A DNA stretch of 64,000 nt from Amphiscolops sp. MND2022 (lineage: Eukaryota), in assembly GCA_964187785.1 (NCBI GenBank), contig OZ076421.1, positions 36,022,001-36,086,000 on the forward strand, written 5' to 3'. This document shows, in pieces, positions 50,970 to 62,264 of the stretch. Numbering within the stretch: position 1 is the stretch's first letter; every line of letters starts with the position of its first letter. The notes beneath the pieces are model-generated. The model searched no databases and was not told the origin of the DNA. It saw only the letters and a program-made list of their open reading frames with translations. Position numbers and translations under genes: made by a program.

Positions 50970-51267
50970 TGTGACGTAAACTATTAGTTCAAACCTTTTG
51001 AGTGCACAGCACTTGTATGATGTAAGAACGACGTTAGCTAATCCTTCATACTTGTTGAATGAGTGACGTAGGTGCGACGTTGTTCGATGGTCAGCACAAT
51101 TAAGCTGAGTAGGCCACACGTTCGCTTAATGTAATAGTTGCGGGTAACTCGCGGCATAAGCGTGTGGTTAAATGCGTCCTATTAGGTTGCGGTAGCTTTG
51201 TAGTTTATTTGACTTTACTTGATGGATGTTTTATTGCTAATAGAAAACGTTTGGGTAACAAGTCACA
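50970..51267 (-). repeat. Candidate 3' LTR of Gypsy element 2
   Basis: TGTGAC (50970) .. GTCACA (51267) terminal inversion, followed by ctcttatttcc (PPT GGAAATAAGAG on the minus strand). Left end could instead be TGTGAC at 50764; no second LTR is available to confirm. Confidence 0.45.
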
Positions 51268-51577
51268 CTCTTATTTCCAATGCATTGGTTGAATGTAATT
51301 CTACTTGGAATTGGTTCTGTTTATTGGAAAGCGTGCATAGTGCTTTTAGTGTTAAATGTTTCGGGTTTCTTTCTCAGTGATAAGCTTACGACGCGTGGTC
51401 ATCCGTGGGTATTGAAAAAATCCGTGTTATCTATTGTTTTTCATGTTGTTTTCTTTTAAGAGGCGGTTTATTTTCCTCTATAAATGCACTTTTCTTGGTC
51501 ACAGTTTGTTCCATTGTTATTGAGTTAAGATTGTTTTAATTCCAACAGTACTTAGCTGACATTAGACAACCATGTCC

Positions 51578-52726
51578 TCATCCAAAGTGTACTCTTCGGC
51601 AGGAACATGCCAGTCCTAGAGCGGACTGTGACAGGGCCACTGTCATGGGTCGAAACTGTCTCGCAAACGGCTGACGGGCGGGTGACGACTGCTTGTTGGG
51701 TTGGTTAACTGCTTCTCTTTGTGATCGTTGTGATGATATTGACACTTGCGGGCTGATCAGATCGTTCAGTGAGCTGTTTACTCTTACTTCTAGTTGTTTT
51801 AGTGGTCCCGGCGGGGTGATGAAATAAGGTGAGTGGTTTTCTTTGTTCGAGTCTTCTTCCGCTGCCAGACCAGTGTCTATTACGCTTTCTTCTTCGTAGT
51901 AGTCTGAAGAATTAGTTCCTTGTCCTTCCACCATGAATCCAGATTGCGAGGAGGGGCTTTCAGGATTTGATGGGGGGTAGCCCTCTTCTGACAGTAAGGA
52001 AATGAAACTATTTTTGTCGCTTTCTAGTTTCATTCTCTTGTAGTTTTCTTGTATCATCTCTATTGACAAGTCAAGTTCGTCGTCATCTCTGAGTTTCACT
52101 TCAAGGGAGGTAGAAGATAAGTTTATAGTTTGTTTTCTTCTTGTGCCTTTCGTTTTGGGCACTGGGGTATTTACAGTTTGTGAGTCAGAAACGGTTTTGC
52201 AAGGAGAGATCAGATTAATTAGTTCTACGACTTCCATTGTTATTTAGTGTTAGGAGTAGCAGCTGTACTTGGATTTGTTTGTTTGCGTACTGAAGGAAGT
52301 ATTGCTGTGTCCGTTTCTTCAGAATTAATCCTCAACTTTGATTGGCTGTTCTTTTTCTTTTCTTTGTAGTTTTTTGCTGGGGGTGTTACTAGGTTTGTCA
52401 ACTGTACCGAAGGTGATGACGATGACAATGACATTGTGTTATCCTTTCTGAAAACTCCCCCCGGACGTCCTCGGCTGTCGCCTCTGTCAACTTCGTATTC
52501 AGCTGAGGTTATTCGGAAACGTTTCAACAGTTAGTTGAGATTTCAATCTCGTCAGCTTTGTTGTAAGTATAAAAGTTTTTTTTCTCAAGTTTTCCGAATT
52601 TTGGTATTGTAGTAGCTGATGATAGCGATTTCCTTGGTGGGACGACCGTGAAGATGACGTCAGCACAAGTGATGAGTTTGGGTCGCCATATTGCCTCAGA
52701 GGTAGAATCGACTGCTGTGGATCCAT
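51578..52726 (-). pseudogene. Cargo gene C: low-complexity S/T/P/E-rich protein (sense to pol), frameshifted
   Basis: ATG at 52726 (MDPQQ); ORF pieces 52499.., 52240..52527 and 51578..52237 join by single frameshifts; contains KKKK, KRMK and NKENHSP. Confidence 0.55.
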
Positions 52727-55700
52727 TAGTTTCAGGTTGGTTTCTGGGATATATGTGTATTTGTAGAATAGGATAGGGTTGCGTAGTGTGTTCGCTGTAC
52801 GCAAGGCTATTCTGAAAAGTCGTTTGGGCATATGTCTGTTGTTACAAGACTCGCTGATTCTGCTGCTAAAATCGGTGATTCACTGGAAAATTTGGTTACA
52901 ACGCCCAAGAAGAAAAGGAAATATAGCTCGCGGAATCATCTTCGTAAGGACATGGTTGCTGGCAACGTCATTTTGTCCGAATTTGTCTCTGGGTCTAAAA
53001 ATGGAAAGTGAACTAGCTTCTTCTTTACAATGTCTGAACGGGATGTTTCAAAAGAGAGTCGTGGGTCAGGAGAGATCAACCGTCATTTTGCTTCGGATCG
53101 TCTTTGTGAGCGCGATGTGACATATCGCGTCCACAAGGGGTTGCCGATTTACAATCAGTTGCGTCAGGCTATTACTCTCACTGATGCCCAATTAGCTGAT
53201 CATCGAAGTCGTCCCTTTAAAGAAAAGGCAGTTGGTTACCTGTTTGCCGAAGAGAAGTTGCCGAAGCATAGTCAGGTCACATCGAAGGTGCCACTTCTGA
53301 CTATGGTTAGTTACCTGACAGAAGTTCTGCGTGCAGGAGGCAGCTATTCGATGTTGCGCCGATTGTGGGGTTTCTTTCGGGCTTCCTTGTCTGAATCAGA
53401 TCCAGTTTACCACATCGTTTGGAGTAAGCCAGAGACTTTGGTAAGTTTTACGTCATGTTGTGTGATGAGAACTTTTTCCATTTTTTTTTCATTTTCGATG
53501 TTTTCGTTTTTTTTGTTGACTGACAATGTACACATATATTTTTTGGGTGTGGTTGTATTTGTAGGCGCTCATCTGTGACGCGATGTATCCGCGTGTTCTT
53601 CGCTCTGTGTTTACTGCTGTTGGACGCTTCAAGGACTACAGTGTGGAGTTCAAGGAAGAAAGCGATGGCATCTATTGCTATATGCGGACATGGGATGAGT
53701 TGCGGCTGAAACGGGTGTGTGTTCTTGTGGAGGACCTTGATGCACGACTATCTCGCGCTGAGTTGTCATGCCTGTGTCGCATTACCAGTAGTATGGGGGG
53801 CTCAAAGTTTCCAGTGGCTGTTGTCGGTGGCACTTCGTCATTGATTAACTGTTTGAATGCTGTGCAAGACGATGGAATGACGTTTGTACCTTGTCGGACC
53901 TTTACACCTGTTGTGTTGATGAAGTGTGTTCAACAGGCTCACCAAGACATCTTGGGGATGAGATTGACATCGTGACAGTAGTTGATTATCTGATGTCACG
54001 TCTGCGTACTGCTCTCCAAGAAGAATGGCTCGATGGTCATGTTGTCCTTCGACTTCGACTTGTGTGCGTGCGGGGCGAGTGTCCTCTGAAGATTTGCCTG
54101 CTGTGGTTGAGGATCTTGTGTCACTGTGGCAGCCCATTCAGCATTTTGTGCGCTATACTGGTCCGGCGCATATCAAGGAGAAAAAGGACAAGGTGAGTAC
54201 TGCGTCGACGTAATATTGCCATCAGTTTAATTTGTGGTGGTTTATATGGTTTTTGTTTTGCCTTGCATTTGTTATGTGTATTTGTTTCAGACCCGGGGAA
54301 CTGATTGGCTGATCTTTGCCGATAAGTTAGTTCCTCTTAGACTCGGACTCTTGCAGATGGTCCTCGAGTTATGTAAATATTCATGTTTCTATTCTTGGCT
54401 GTGATTGTGATTGTTTCTGTTTACTCTTGTTTGGTAATTTGCTGTATTTGATGGACTGGCTTCGATTGTCATCTATTGTTCTTCCTGTGCTGGTAATGCG
54501 GTATTTGGTATGTTCGTTGAAAGCACGTGTGTTTCTTAGTTCACCTGAGTTTCAAGAATTGGGCGCAGCGACGTGACGATTATGGCTTCCATTGTTACAG
54601 TGAGCTGTGTCACTTTGTTTATTGTCTGCTGGGGATCCATTAGTTTCAGGTTGGTTTCTGGGATGTATGTGTATTTGTAGAATAGGATAGGGTTGCGTAG
54701 TGTGTTCGCTGTACGCAAGGCTATTCTGAAAGGTCGTTTGGGCGTATGTCTGTTGTTACAGGACTCGCTGATTTTGCTGCTAAAATTGGTGATTCACTGG
54801 AAAATTTGGTTACAACGCACAAGAAGAAAAGGAAATATAGCTCGCGGAATCATCTTCGTAAGGACATGGTTACTGGCAACGTCATTTTGTCCGAATTTGT
54901 CTCAGGGTCTAAAAATGGAAAGTGAACTAGCTTCTTCTTTACAATGTCTGAACGGGATGTTTCAAAAGAGAGTCGTGGGTCAGGAGAGATCAACCGTCAT
55001 TTTGCTTCGGATCGTCTTTGTGAGCGCGATGTGACTTATCGCGTTCACAAGGGGTTGCCAATTTACACTCAGTTGCGTCAGGCTATTACTCTCACTGATG
55101 CCCAATTAGCTGATTATCGAAGTCGTCCTTTTAAAGAAAAGGCAGTTGGTTACCTGTTTCCCGAAGAGAAATTGCCGAAGCATAGTCAGGTCACATCGAA
55201 GGTGCCACTTCTGACTATGGTTAGTTGCCTGACAGAAGTTCTGCGTGGAGGAGACAGCTATACGATGTTGCGTCGATTGGGGGGTTTCTTTCGGGCTTCT
55301 TTATCTGAGTCAGATCCAATTTACCACATCGTTTGGAGTAAGCCAGAGACTTTGGTAAGTTTTACGTCATGTTGTGTGATGAGAACTTTTTCCATTTTTT
55401 TTTCATTTTCGATGTTTTCGTTTTTTTTGTTGACTGACAATGTACAGATTCATTTATTGGGTGTGGTTGTCTTTGTAGGCGCTCATCTGTGACGCGATGT
55501 ATCCGCGTGTTCTTCGGATAAGTTAATTTCTCTTAGACTCAGACTCTTGCAGATGGTCCTCGAGTGATATAAATATTCATGTTTCTATTTTTGGCTGTGA
55601 TTGTGATTGTTTCTGTTTACTTTTGTTTGGTAATTTGCTGTATTTGATGGACTGGCTTCGTTTGTCATCTTTTGTTCTTCCTGTGCTGGTAATGCGTTAT

Positions 55701-55831
55701 TTGGTATGTTCGTTGAAAGCACGTGTGTTTCTTAGTTCACCTGAATTTCAAGAAATGGGCGCAGCGACGTGACGATTATGTCTTCCATTGTTATAGTGAG
55801 CTGTGTCACTTTGTTTATTGTCTGCTGGGGA
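52718..55831. repeat. Tandem duplication: unit 1 ~52718-54632 (1914 bp), unit 2 ~54633-55831 with a ~715-bp internal deletion
   Basis: ggatccattagtttcagg at 52719 and 54633; near-identical ORFs 53030..53578 and 54944..55492; junction motif ctgctg(t/g)gga at all three boundaries. Confidence 0.93.
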
Positions 55832-56948
55832 AGACTCGTGCTCTGGGCAGTTTGCCTAGTATCCATCAGTGGGAGAAATATATGTCGCCAGAGTCGGTGA
55901 AGAAGATGAGTCCTATTCCTGACGACTTGTTTTTAATTAATCAGCCTTTTGGAGAGGTTCTGTTGGCAGCCAAGATGAGTGGTGCCGAGAGTTTCGTTTA
56001 GAGTGTCGTCGCTTTCTTGATCGCCTTGTGGACGAGATTCATCAGACTGTCTATTGTTCATCACCAGTTTCTCAGGGCTTATATTGTTTTTGCCCAGAAT
56101 TGTTGCTTGACGGCGATGATGTCGTTGTTTTTGACTTATTTGCAAAACTTGTGGGTAGTCTTGGTCGCTGTGGATTGATATACTCAGGTGAAGTTACTGA
56201 GAGCAAGGCCCAATTTTTGTCCTACGTGGTGGAAGCGCGGCAATGGCATGTGTCTGGGGGGACTGTTTCCAGCGTTGTCAAAAATGTGGTGACGTATTTG
56301 ATGCGTCAATATGCTTTCCAGTCTCGTCAGTGTCTCATGCGGGTGTTCCAGTTGTGTTGCTTGTTTGTTGAGAGCCAGGATGTTGGTCCGGCCTTTATCG
56401 ATTTCGATTTTAGCGAGTGTGTTATTCGTCCTGGGTTGCTGAAGTCGTGTTTGAGAAGCGTGCAGTCCTTTGTTAGCTCTTCAAGTTACGACCAGTCGTC
56501 GTTCTTCTCTTCGTCAACAATTGATAGGGTCCGGCAGTTGTTGGGCAGTGCTGATGCTTTATGGAGGAAGCCGATTTCAATCCTTGGGAGAGCGTGTGCA
56601 CTGGAGATTTCGTTGATTTATTTCGCAGCTTGGATGCTGCTTACACCTCTTATTTGGAGGAACAGGTGAAGAGTGCTGAATCATATTATAAAGCAGCTAA
56701 CATCGCCAATCGCCAGGTTATTGTTGCTTCCCCGATTGTTCAATTCAAGACAACACAATCGTCAGTTGGTACGTCGTCCGTTGTGTCTAGCAAGGTTGTT
56801 GGCAAGCCTCAAAGCGTTTGTGAAGTCAGTATTTGGTTGTGGAGGTTCTCCTTCAAAGCATGTTGTCACTTCTAGTCAGCGGGGTAGAGGACGTGCTGGC
56901 TCGAAAGGTGGATCCAAGTCGCAGGGCAGTTCTAAGTCGTCTGATTGA
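52832..56948 (+). pseudogene. Cargo gene A/B: intron-containing, hAT-transposase-like gene antisense to pol, interrupted by a tandem duplication
   Basis: ATG at 52832 with PKKKRK; phase-0 GT-AG introns 53441-53564 and 54193-54290; motif series resembling hAT/DUF4371 proteins (see findings); basic C-terminal tail ending 56948. Confidence 0.6.
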
Positions 56949-57065
56949 TTGACTTTTATTTTTATACTTGTTGATTGTTGCATTGTATGTTTGCCATAGT
57001 TAGGTTAGTTTGTTTTGAAGTTTGAACTGGAGTTTTTATTATGAATTGATTGTGAGTTGAGTTAT

Positions 57066-60000
57066 TTATAATTGAAAATCGTCGGGCTGGTTCAGTCTGG
57101 ACTCTGATGTTTGTTTTATGCTGTGAGTCAGGTCGATAGCGTCTAGTCTTCGAAAGTCAGGTTTCATTTTAGGCATAGGGTTTGGCCTTAAATTACAATC
57201 CGAGACTTTCCTTGGATAATATCCTACTGAAATAGAGGATGGTGCATCTTGGTAGTCTAGGTCGTCTATTGGCGGCGGGCTAGTTATGAAAGGGTTTTCA
57301 CCTGCGTCGGTTGTCAGATTGGAAAAATCCGGAGTGGACGTTATGTCGTCGTCGATTTCGCTTTGTGTGGCGTTTGAGCTGATTTCTTGAACACTTGGTG
57401 TACTATTGGTTATTTGTTCTCTAGGCATTATGTTTTCGTTTTGATACTCAAATTTGGACTCCCAAGCTTTGGCGTACCATTCATTGTGTTGTACTAGTAC
57501 ATCTGGGTCGGGTAGGTAATCCGTTTGCTTGACTGTGGCGTTAGGTAGACATCGGTCTGGCTTGTAGATTCGTAGACGTATTTTATGTAATGTCTCTGTG
57601 TATCTGGAGCTTGCGTATAGTGTAGTTGTTATTTGAGAGGACTTCAACTATTACATAAGGACCCGTCCATATGATTTCGTTGAGCGAGAAATTGATGGAT
57701 TGGTTATCTGCTTTTGGGTTGAGAACGTAGCAGTACTCGTTGACCTTCAATGGGGTTGCGTCCGCCTTTCTGTCGTAGTAGCGCTTGTATTTGATGTATG
57801 ACAACATTAGGTTTTTCTTGACTACATTTTGCATCTCATTGAGCTGTTTCTGTAGTTGGTCTGCCAACTCTGTGTTGCGTTGCTGCTGCCATTGGGGTTT
57901 GATCCCTAATTTGAGATCCAGTGCGTTGTGAGGAATGCGTCCATGAAAGACGATTGATGGTTTACAACCAATGCTTTCGTGATACGTTGTGTTGTGGTTA
58001 TTAACCGCGATTTGTACGTATTTGTGCCACATTGATTTGCTCTCTCCTGTTGAGATTTTTAATGCAGTTTTGATTGAGGTATGGGCCCTTTCGAGAATGC
58101 CGATTGTGTGCGCATGTTTTATGGTTGCGTGTCTGTTTTTTATGTCTAGTATCTTGGTTATCTCTTGTACTACTTCTGCTGTGAACTGTGATCCTTTGTC
58201 TGAAATTTTTGTGTTGGGAAGGTAGGCGTGTCTCGTCATGACGTCGATGATGCATTTTCCCATTGTTTGTGTCGTCATGTTTCGCGTTGGGTATGCGAAG
58301 AGGTAACGTGGGAATACATCTATCATCGTGATGATGTGTTGATATCCCGCTGAGCTTGGTAAGTTGTGCAGTATATCAATCTCGAGTATGTCTTCTGGTC
58401 CCATTGAGAAGTCTGTGGGACTGATCATTTTTGGGCGTATTTGTCGTGTGTTGATCCGTTTGTATTTGATGCATTCTTGGCAGCTTGCTACCCTTTTTTG
58501 ATGTGTTTGGCTAACCCTGGATGGCAATATTTCGCTCGGCACTCCTGTATCATTATTGTGATTCCTGGGTGTTTGGCTGTTGCTCCAGGTAAAGTTTTTA
58601 GTAGCTCGGGATTGATTTGGGTTGGTAGTGTTATTTGGTGGTGGATAATTTGGCCACATTCTCCTTAATATTTGCGCATTAGCACTCCGTCTTTGATGGT
58701 TATTCGGGTTTCGTGTTTGAGTAATTTCTGTGCTCTCGGATTGGTTTTTAGTAAGTGTTCATCATGTTCTTCGTTTGCTAATTTAGCTTTGATTGCTTTC
58801 AGGATAATAACTGCATCTTGTTCGTTTCTGATTCGTGCGTTTTCTTTGATGGCTCCTAGTTCATAGGACGTTTTTTTGATAGGGATTAAGTTGGCTTCTT
58901 GGATTGTCGCTGTGATTAGGGCGTGGGCCTCTGCTTGGGCGCGCTCTTTGGAACGTTGTTTTCTAGTTAGGATTTCTTCGTCAGTCTCAGTTGTTTCGTC
59001 CGATAAGAAGAACTGTTGTTTTTCTTCTGCCACATTGGTTGATTGCATGTTTATTTGTATGTGGAGGGTTTGTATGTCTTCCCGGATAGTGAGTTCAATT
59101 TTTTCTTTTGGGTGAGCTCCAGTCGAGACAGGAAATCAATCTGCTGCCGTGTTGAGCGTTCCTGCTACGTGTGTGATCCTGAAGTTGAATTGGAGGACGT
59201 AGTCAAAGGCGTTCCATAACGTCGGTGGTATTGCTTTTGTTTGGAAAAACCTGGTGGCTGATCTGTTATCCGTCATGACTAATGTAGGTAATGCGGTTTC
59301 CCATAGTATATGGCTATACTCGAGGAATGCATGGTAAACTGCTAGGAACTCCTTGCAGTATATAGACATTTTGAAATGCGCTGGCGAGAACACTTTTGAA
59401 CCAACTGCTACTGGGGCGAAAGTTTTCTTTTTGGAAGTTAATTTTTTATCATCCTGTTCTTCTATCATCAGTGCGTATCCCGATGTTCTGAAGCTGGCGT
59501 TTGCCATAATGACGTATTGTCGTCCTGTGATAGGTTGCTTAAGTGCTAGTACACAGGCGTCTGCTAATGCGGTGTTGATGGCCTTTTAATCATATAGTAG
59601 CTCTCCTGTGATTGTTAGTTGTGTTTCAATTTTGAGGAGATCATAAAATCGACTCAATTTTTCTGATAGCTGCGGTATAAAATTTCGGTATTAGTTGATG
59701 AATCCAATGTATCGTTGGACTTGTTTGCGTGTTTTCGGGAAGCGGACGTTTGCAAGGATTTTCTTGATTTTGTGATTTTGAGGGGCTATTCCAAGTGGAG
59801 TGATTGTTCTTCCAAGGAACTCTACTCTGATTACTCCAAAGTGACATTTTCTATTGTCAATTTCAGGCCCGCATTGCAGATGCATTCAAAAACTGCTCTG
59901 ATATTGTTGTTTAGCTGAGCGACCGAGTTGGCTGCGATGCCAATGTCGTCAACGTAATGGGCGCATTGGTCTGCTTTTATTACTTTGTCCAGATATTCTC

Positions 60001-62264
60001 TCATGAAGCTGGAAAATGCTGAGAGTGCTCTGCTGAGTCCTTGCGCTAGTCGTTTATAGGCAAAGGTTCTGCTGGCGAAGTTGAATGCTAAGAGTTCGAC
60101 TGATATCGGTGGTCAGCCAAATGGGGGCAATGGTATGCTTGGGAGCAATCAAGTTTTCATAATAGTTTTTCCCTGCTAGATGTTGGGTGGCGTCAGAGAG
60201 TGTGCTGATGGGATGGCTGTTGTTTATGTAGTCGTCTAATATCAGTGCATTTATTTTCCTGAGGTCTACAAGTAGACGCAGTTTGTCGTTAGGTTTGCGT
60301 TGCGCGAAGATTGGACTTGCGTTATTAGAGAAATGTAGTGTTGTTATTATTCCGTATCTGTGCATTAAAGCTAGCTCAACGGTGAGGTCTTCTTTGAAGT
60401 TGATCGGCACCGGTAGGCTTTGTGTGTATACTGGATTCTCATTTTTTGGTGTTAACTTCACTTTGAAATCATCGTTGATGCCTATGTCAAGGCGGTGACG
60501 TGCAAAAATATCGTTGTATTCTATTATTACGTCCTCGAGTTGTTGTTTTTGTTTTCCTTGTATGAGGGAATCTTCCCATTGAAATATCTTGAGGAAAAAT
60601 TCACGTGACGCGCTGTCTTTTGTGGGGTTTAGTTTTTCGTTTTGTTCCAATTCTCTGATTTCCTTGAGGATGCGTTTTTGGATGGGCATGTGTTCGGCTT
60701 CATTTCCTGGGTTCTCCGGGGTCGGGAACCAGAATCAGTCTGTTTCAGAAAGGTCAGAATTGGCTTTCATTAATTCATTCATGTACGTGATTGTGTCATT
60801 AGGGTTTTCTAGTACTTTGGGTGCTGCAACGTCTATTGGGCGTATTTTTTGTGTCATCTGGTTTGAGTATTTGTAGTTCAGCTATTTTTGTGTTGGTGGG
60901 TATTGTGCAGGGAGTATCCGCGGTGTTCACAACCCTTATTTTGATTTTTTTGTTATCAGCAGTGGCTAGTGCGGGAGCTACCATGATTTGGGCGTCTTCG
61001 TCAAGTTGGGGTTGTGGTTGTATTGTGCCCGTGATGGGGTGTTCAATATTGGTTATAGCTACGGCATTAACGGTTAGAGTTTGTTGTGCTGGCACTGTCT
61101 GCGTTCCGTTGGTCCTTATTTGGATGGGGTGAGGATTGCATTTTTTCATTTCGTCCTTCATGGCTAGTGTCTTTTCGACGTGTGGGAACGTTATAGTTCC
61201 GTTTGCTGTGTCGAGCAGTGCTTGGTGGTTTATCATGAAATTGAGTGCTTTTATTGGGAATGATGTTCGGGACAGTACGACGAATGTGTCTGTGAAGGTG
61301 TATGTTCCGATGTTGAATTGTACATCTGTTATTGCAATCGGTTGTTCTTTTTGTGCATTTGCGCACTCGATTCGGAAAGGAGGTTAGGGGTACTCTTTTT
61401 TGATGCAATTTTCTGTGTTATTTTTGATCATGATATAGTCTGACCATGAAATGGCGTTGATGTATGCGACTGAGTCCACTAAGCCGTCAATTGTTATTTC
61501 TCCAAATTCGAGAGGTAAGTAGAGCATGCGTCTCCTCTTTTTGAGGGGGATCGTGGACGTCAGCGGTATGTAGCTGTCGCTGTCCTGGTGGATGATGAAT
61601 TCCTTTATGAAGTCAAGTGATGCCGGGAGGTCAATTTTGTTGGGGTGTTGTTGTTCGATTTTTTTAGTTTGTTCAAAGCTTTCGACGGTGACTGGGTCGT
61701 TATATTGGTGTTGAATATTTGCATTTGGAGTGCTCGGCGGTGTGAGTTTTGGTCTCTTAGTTTGGTGGTCGTCCTCTTGTTCAGATGTCAGGGGAAGGGG
61801 ACGTTTAATTGTCATGTATTTGTCTTCTGCTTCTGTTATCCACGATGGGTATTCTCTTTGATCGGGGTGTCTGGAATTGTACTTTTTGATTGCTGCTATT
61901 TCCCGTCTCCTTTGCCAATCTTGTGTTGGGTGCCCATTAATAAATTTGGCTTGAGTCGTGATTGTATTGAGTCGGGGGATCTTCGATTGAGTACGACTCG
62001 CGTCTACATTGTCCCCGAATCGTAGTCGTGGCATTTTGAGTTTTTTGCTTCTTCGGTTGTAGTGATGTTAGTGGTTTTGTCAGCTTTTGGGGGTGCAGCA
62101 TTGTGTCGTTTGGGGCGCGGATCAACGGCTGCGTTGGCGCCATTCCAGCAATCCTCTGTCTTGTGGGGTTTCCCACAGGTGTCACGTTTTGGCTTGAGTG
62201 GTCGGTTTCCGATTTCACCGCTTATGTTGGATTGGATGACACATACTTGGTAGCTTCCACCCAC
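57066..62264 (-). pseudogene. Gypsy gag(3')-pol polyprotein, frameshifted
   Basis: Knuckle remnant DTCGKPHKTEDC; PR GLVDSVA; RT SPIFAQRKPNDKLRLLVDLRKIN and YVDD at 59945-59956; RH TDNRSAT..HVAGTLNTAAD; IN CQEC, EIDIL, ISDKGSQF, GILER, GPY. Confidence 0.95.

Larger units (their letters stand above)
50970..62264 (-). mobile_element. Large Ty3/Gypsy element 2 (over 11 kb, 5'-truncated) with 3' cargo cassette
   Basis: gag end, PR, RT, RH and IN in Gypsy order at 62264-57066; about 5.8 kb of extra genes; then PPT and LTR candidates. Confidence 0.8.

Noticed and set aside
53700-53840. AAA+ Walker B (VCVLVEDLD) in cargo gene A
   Set aside because: No Walker A upstream; the surrounding motifs fit an hAT-like fold better.
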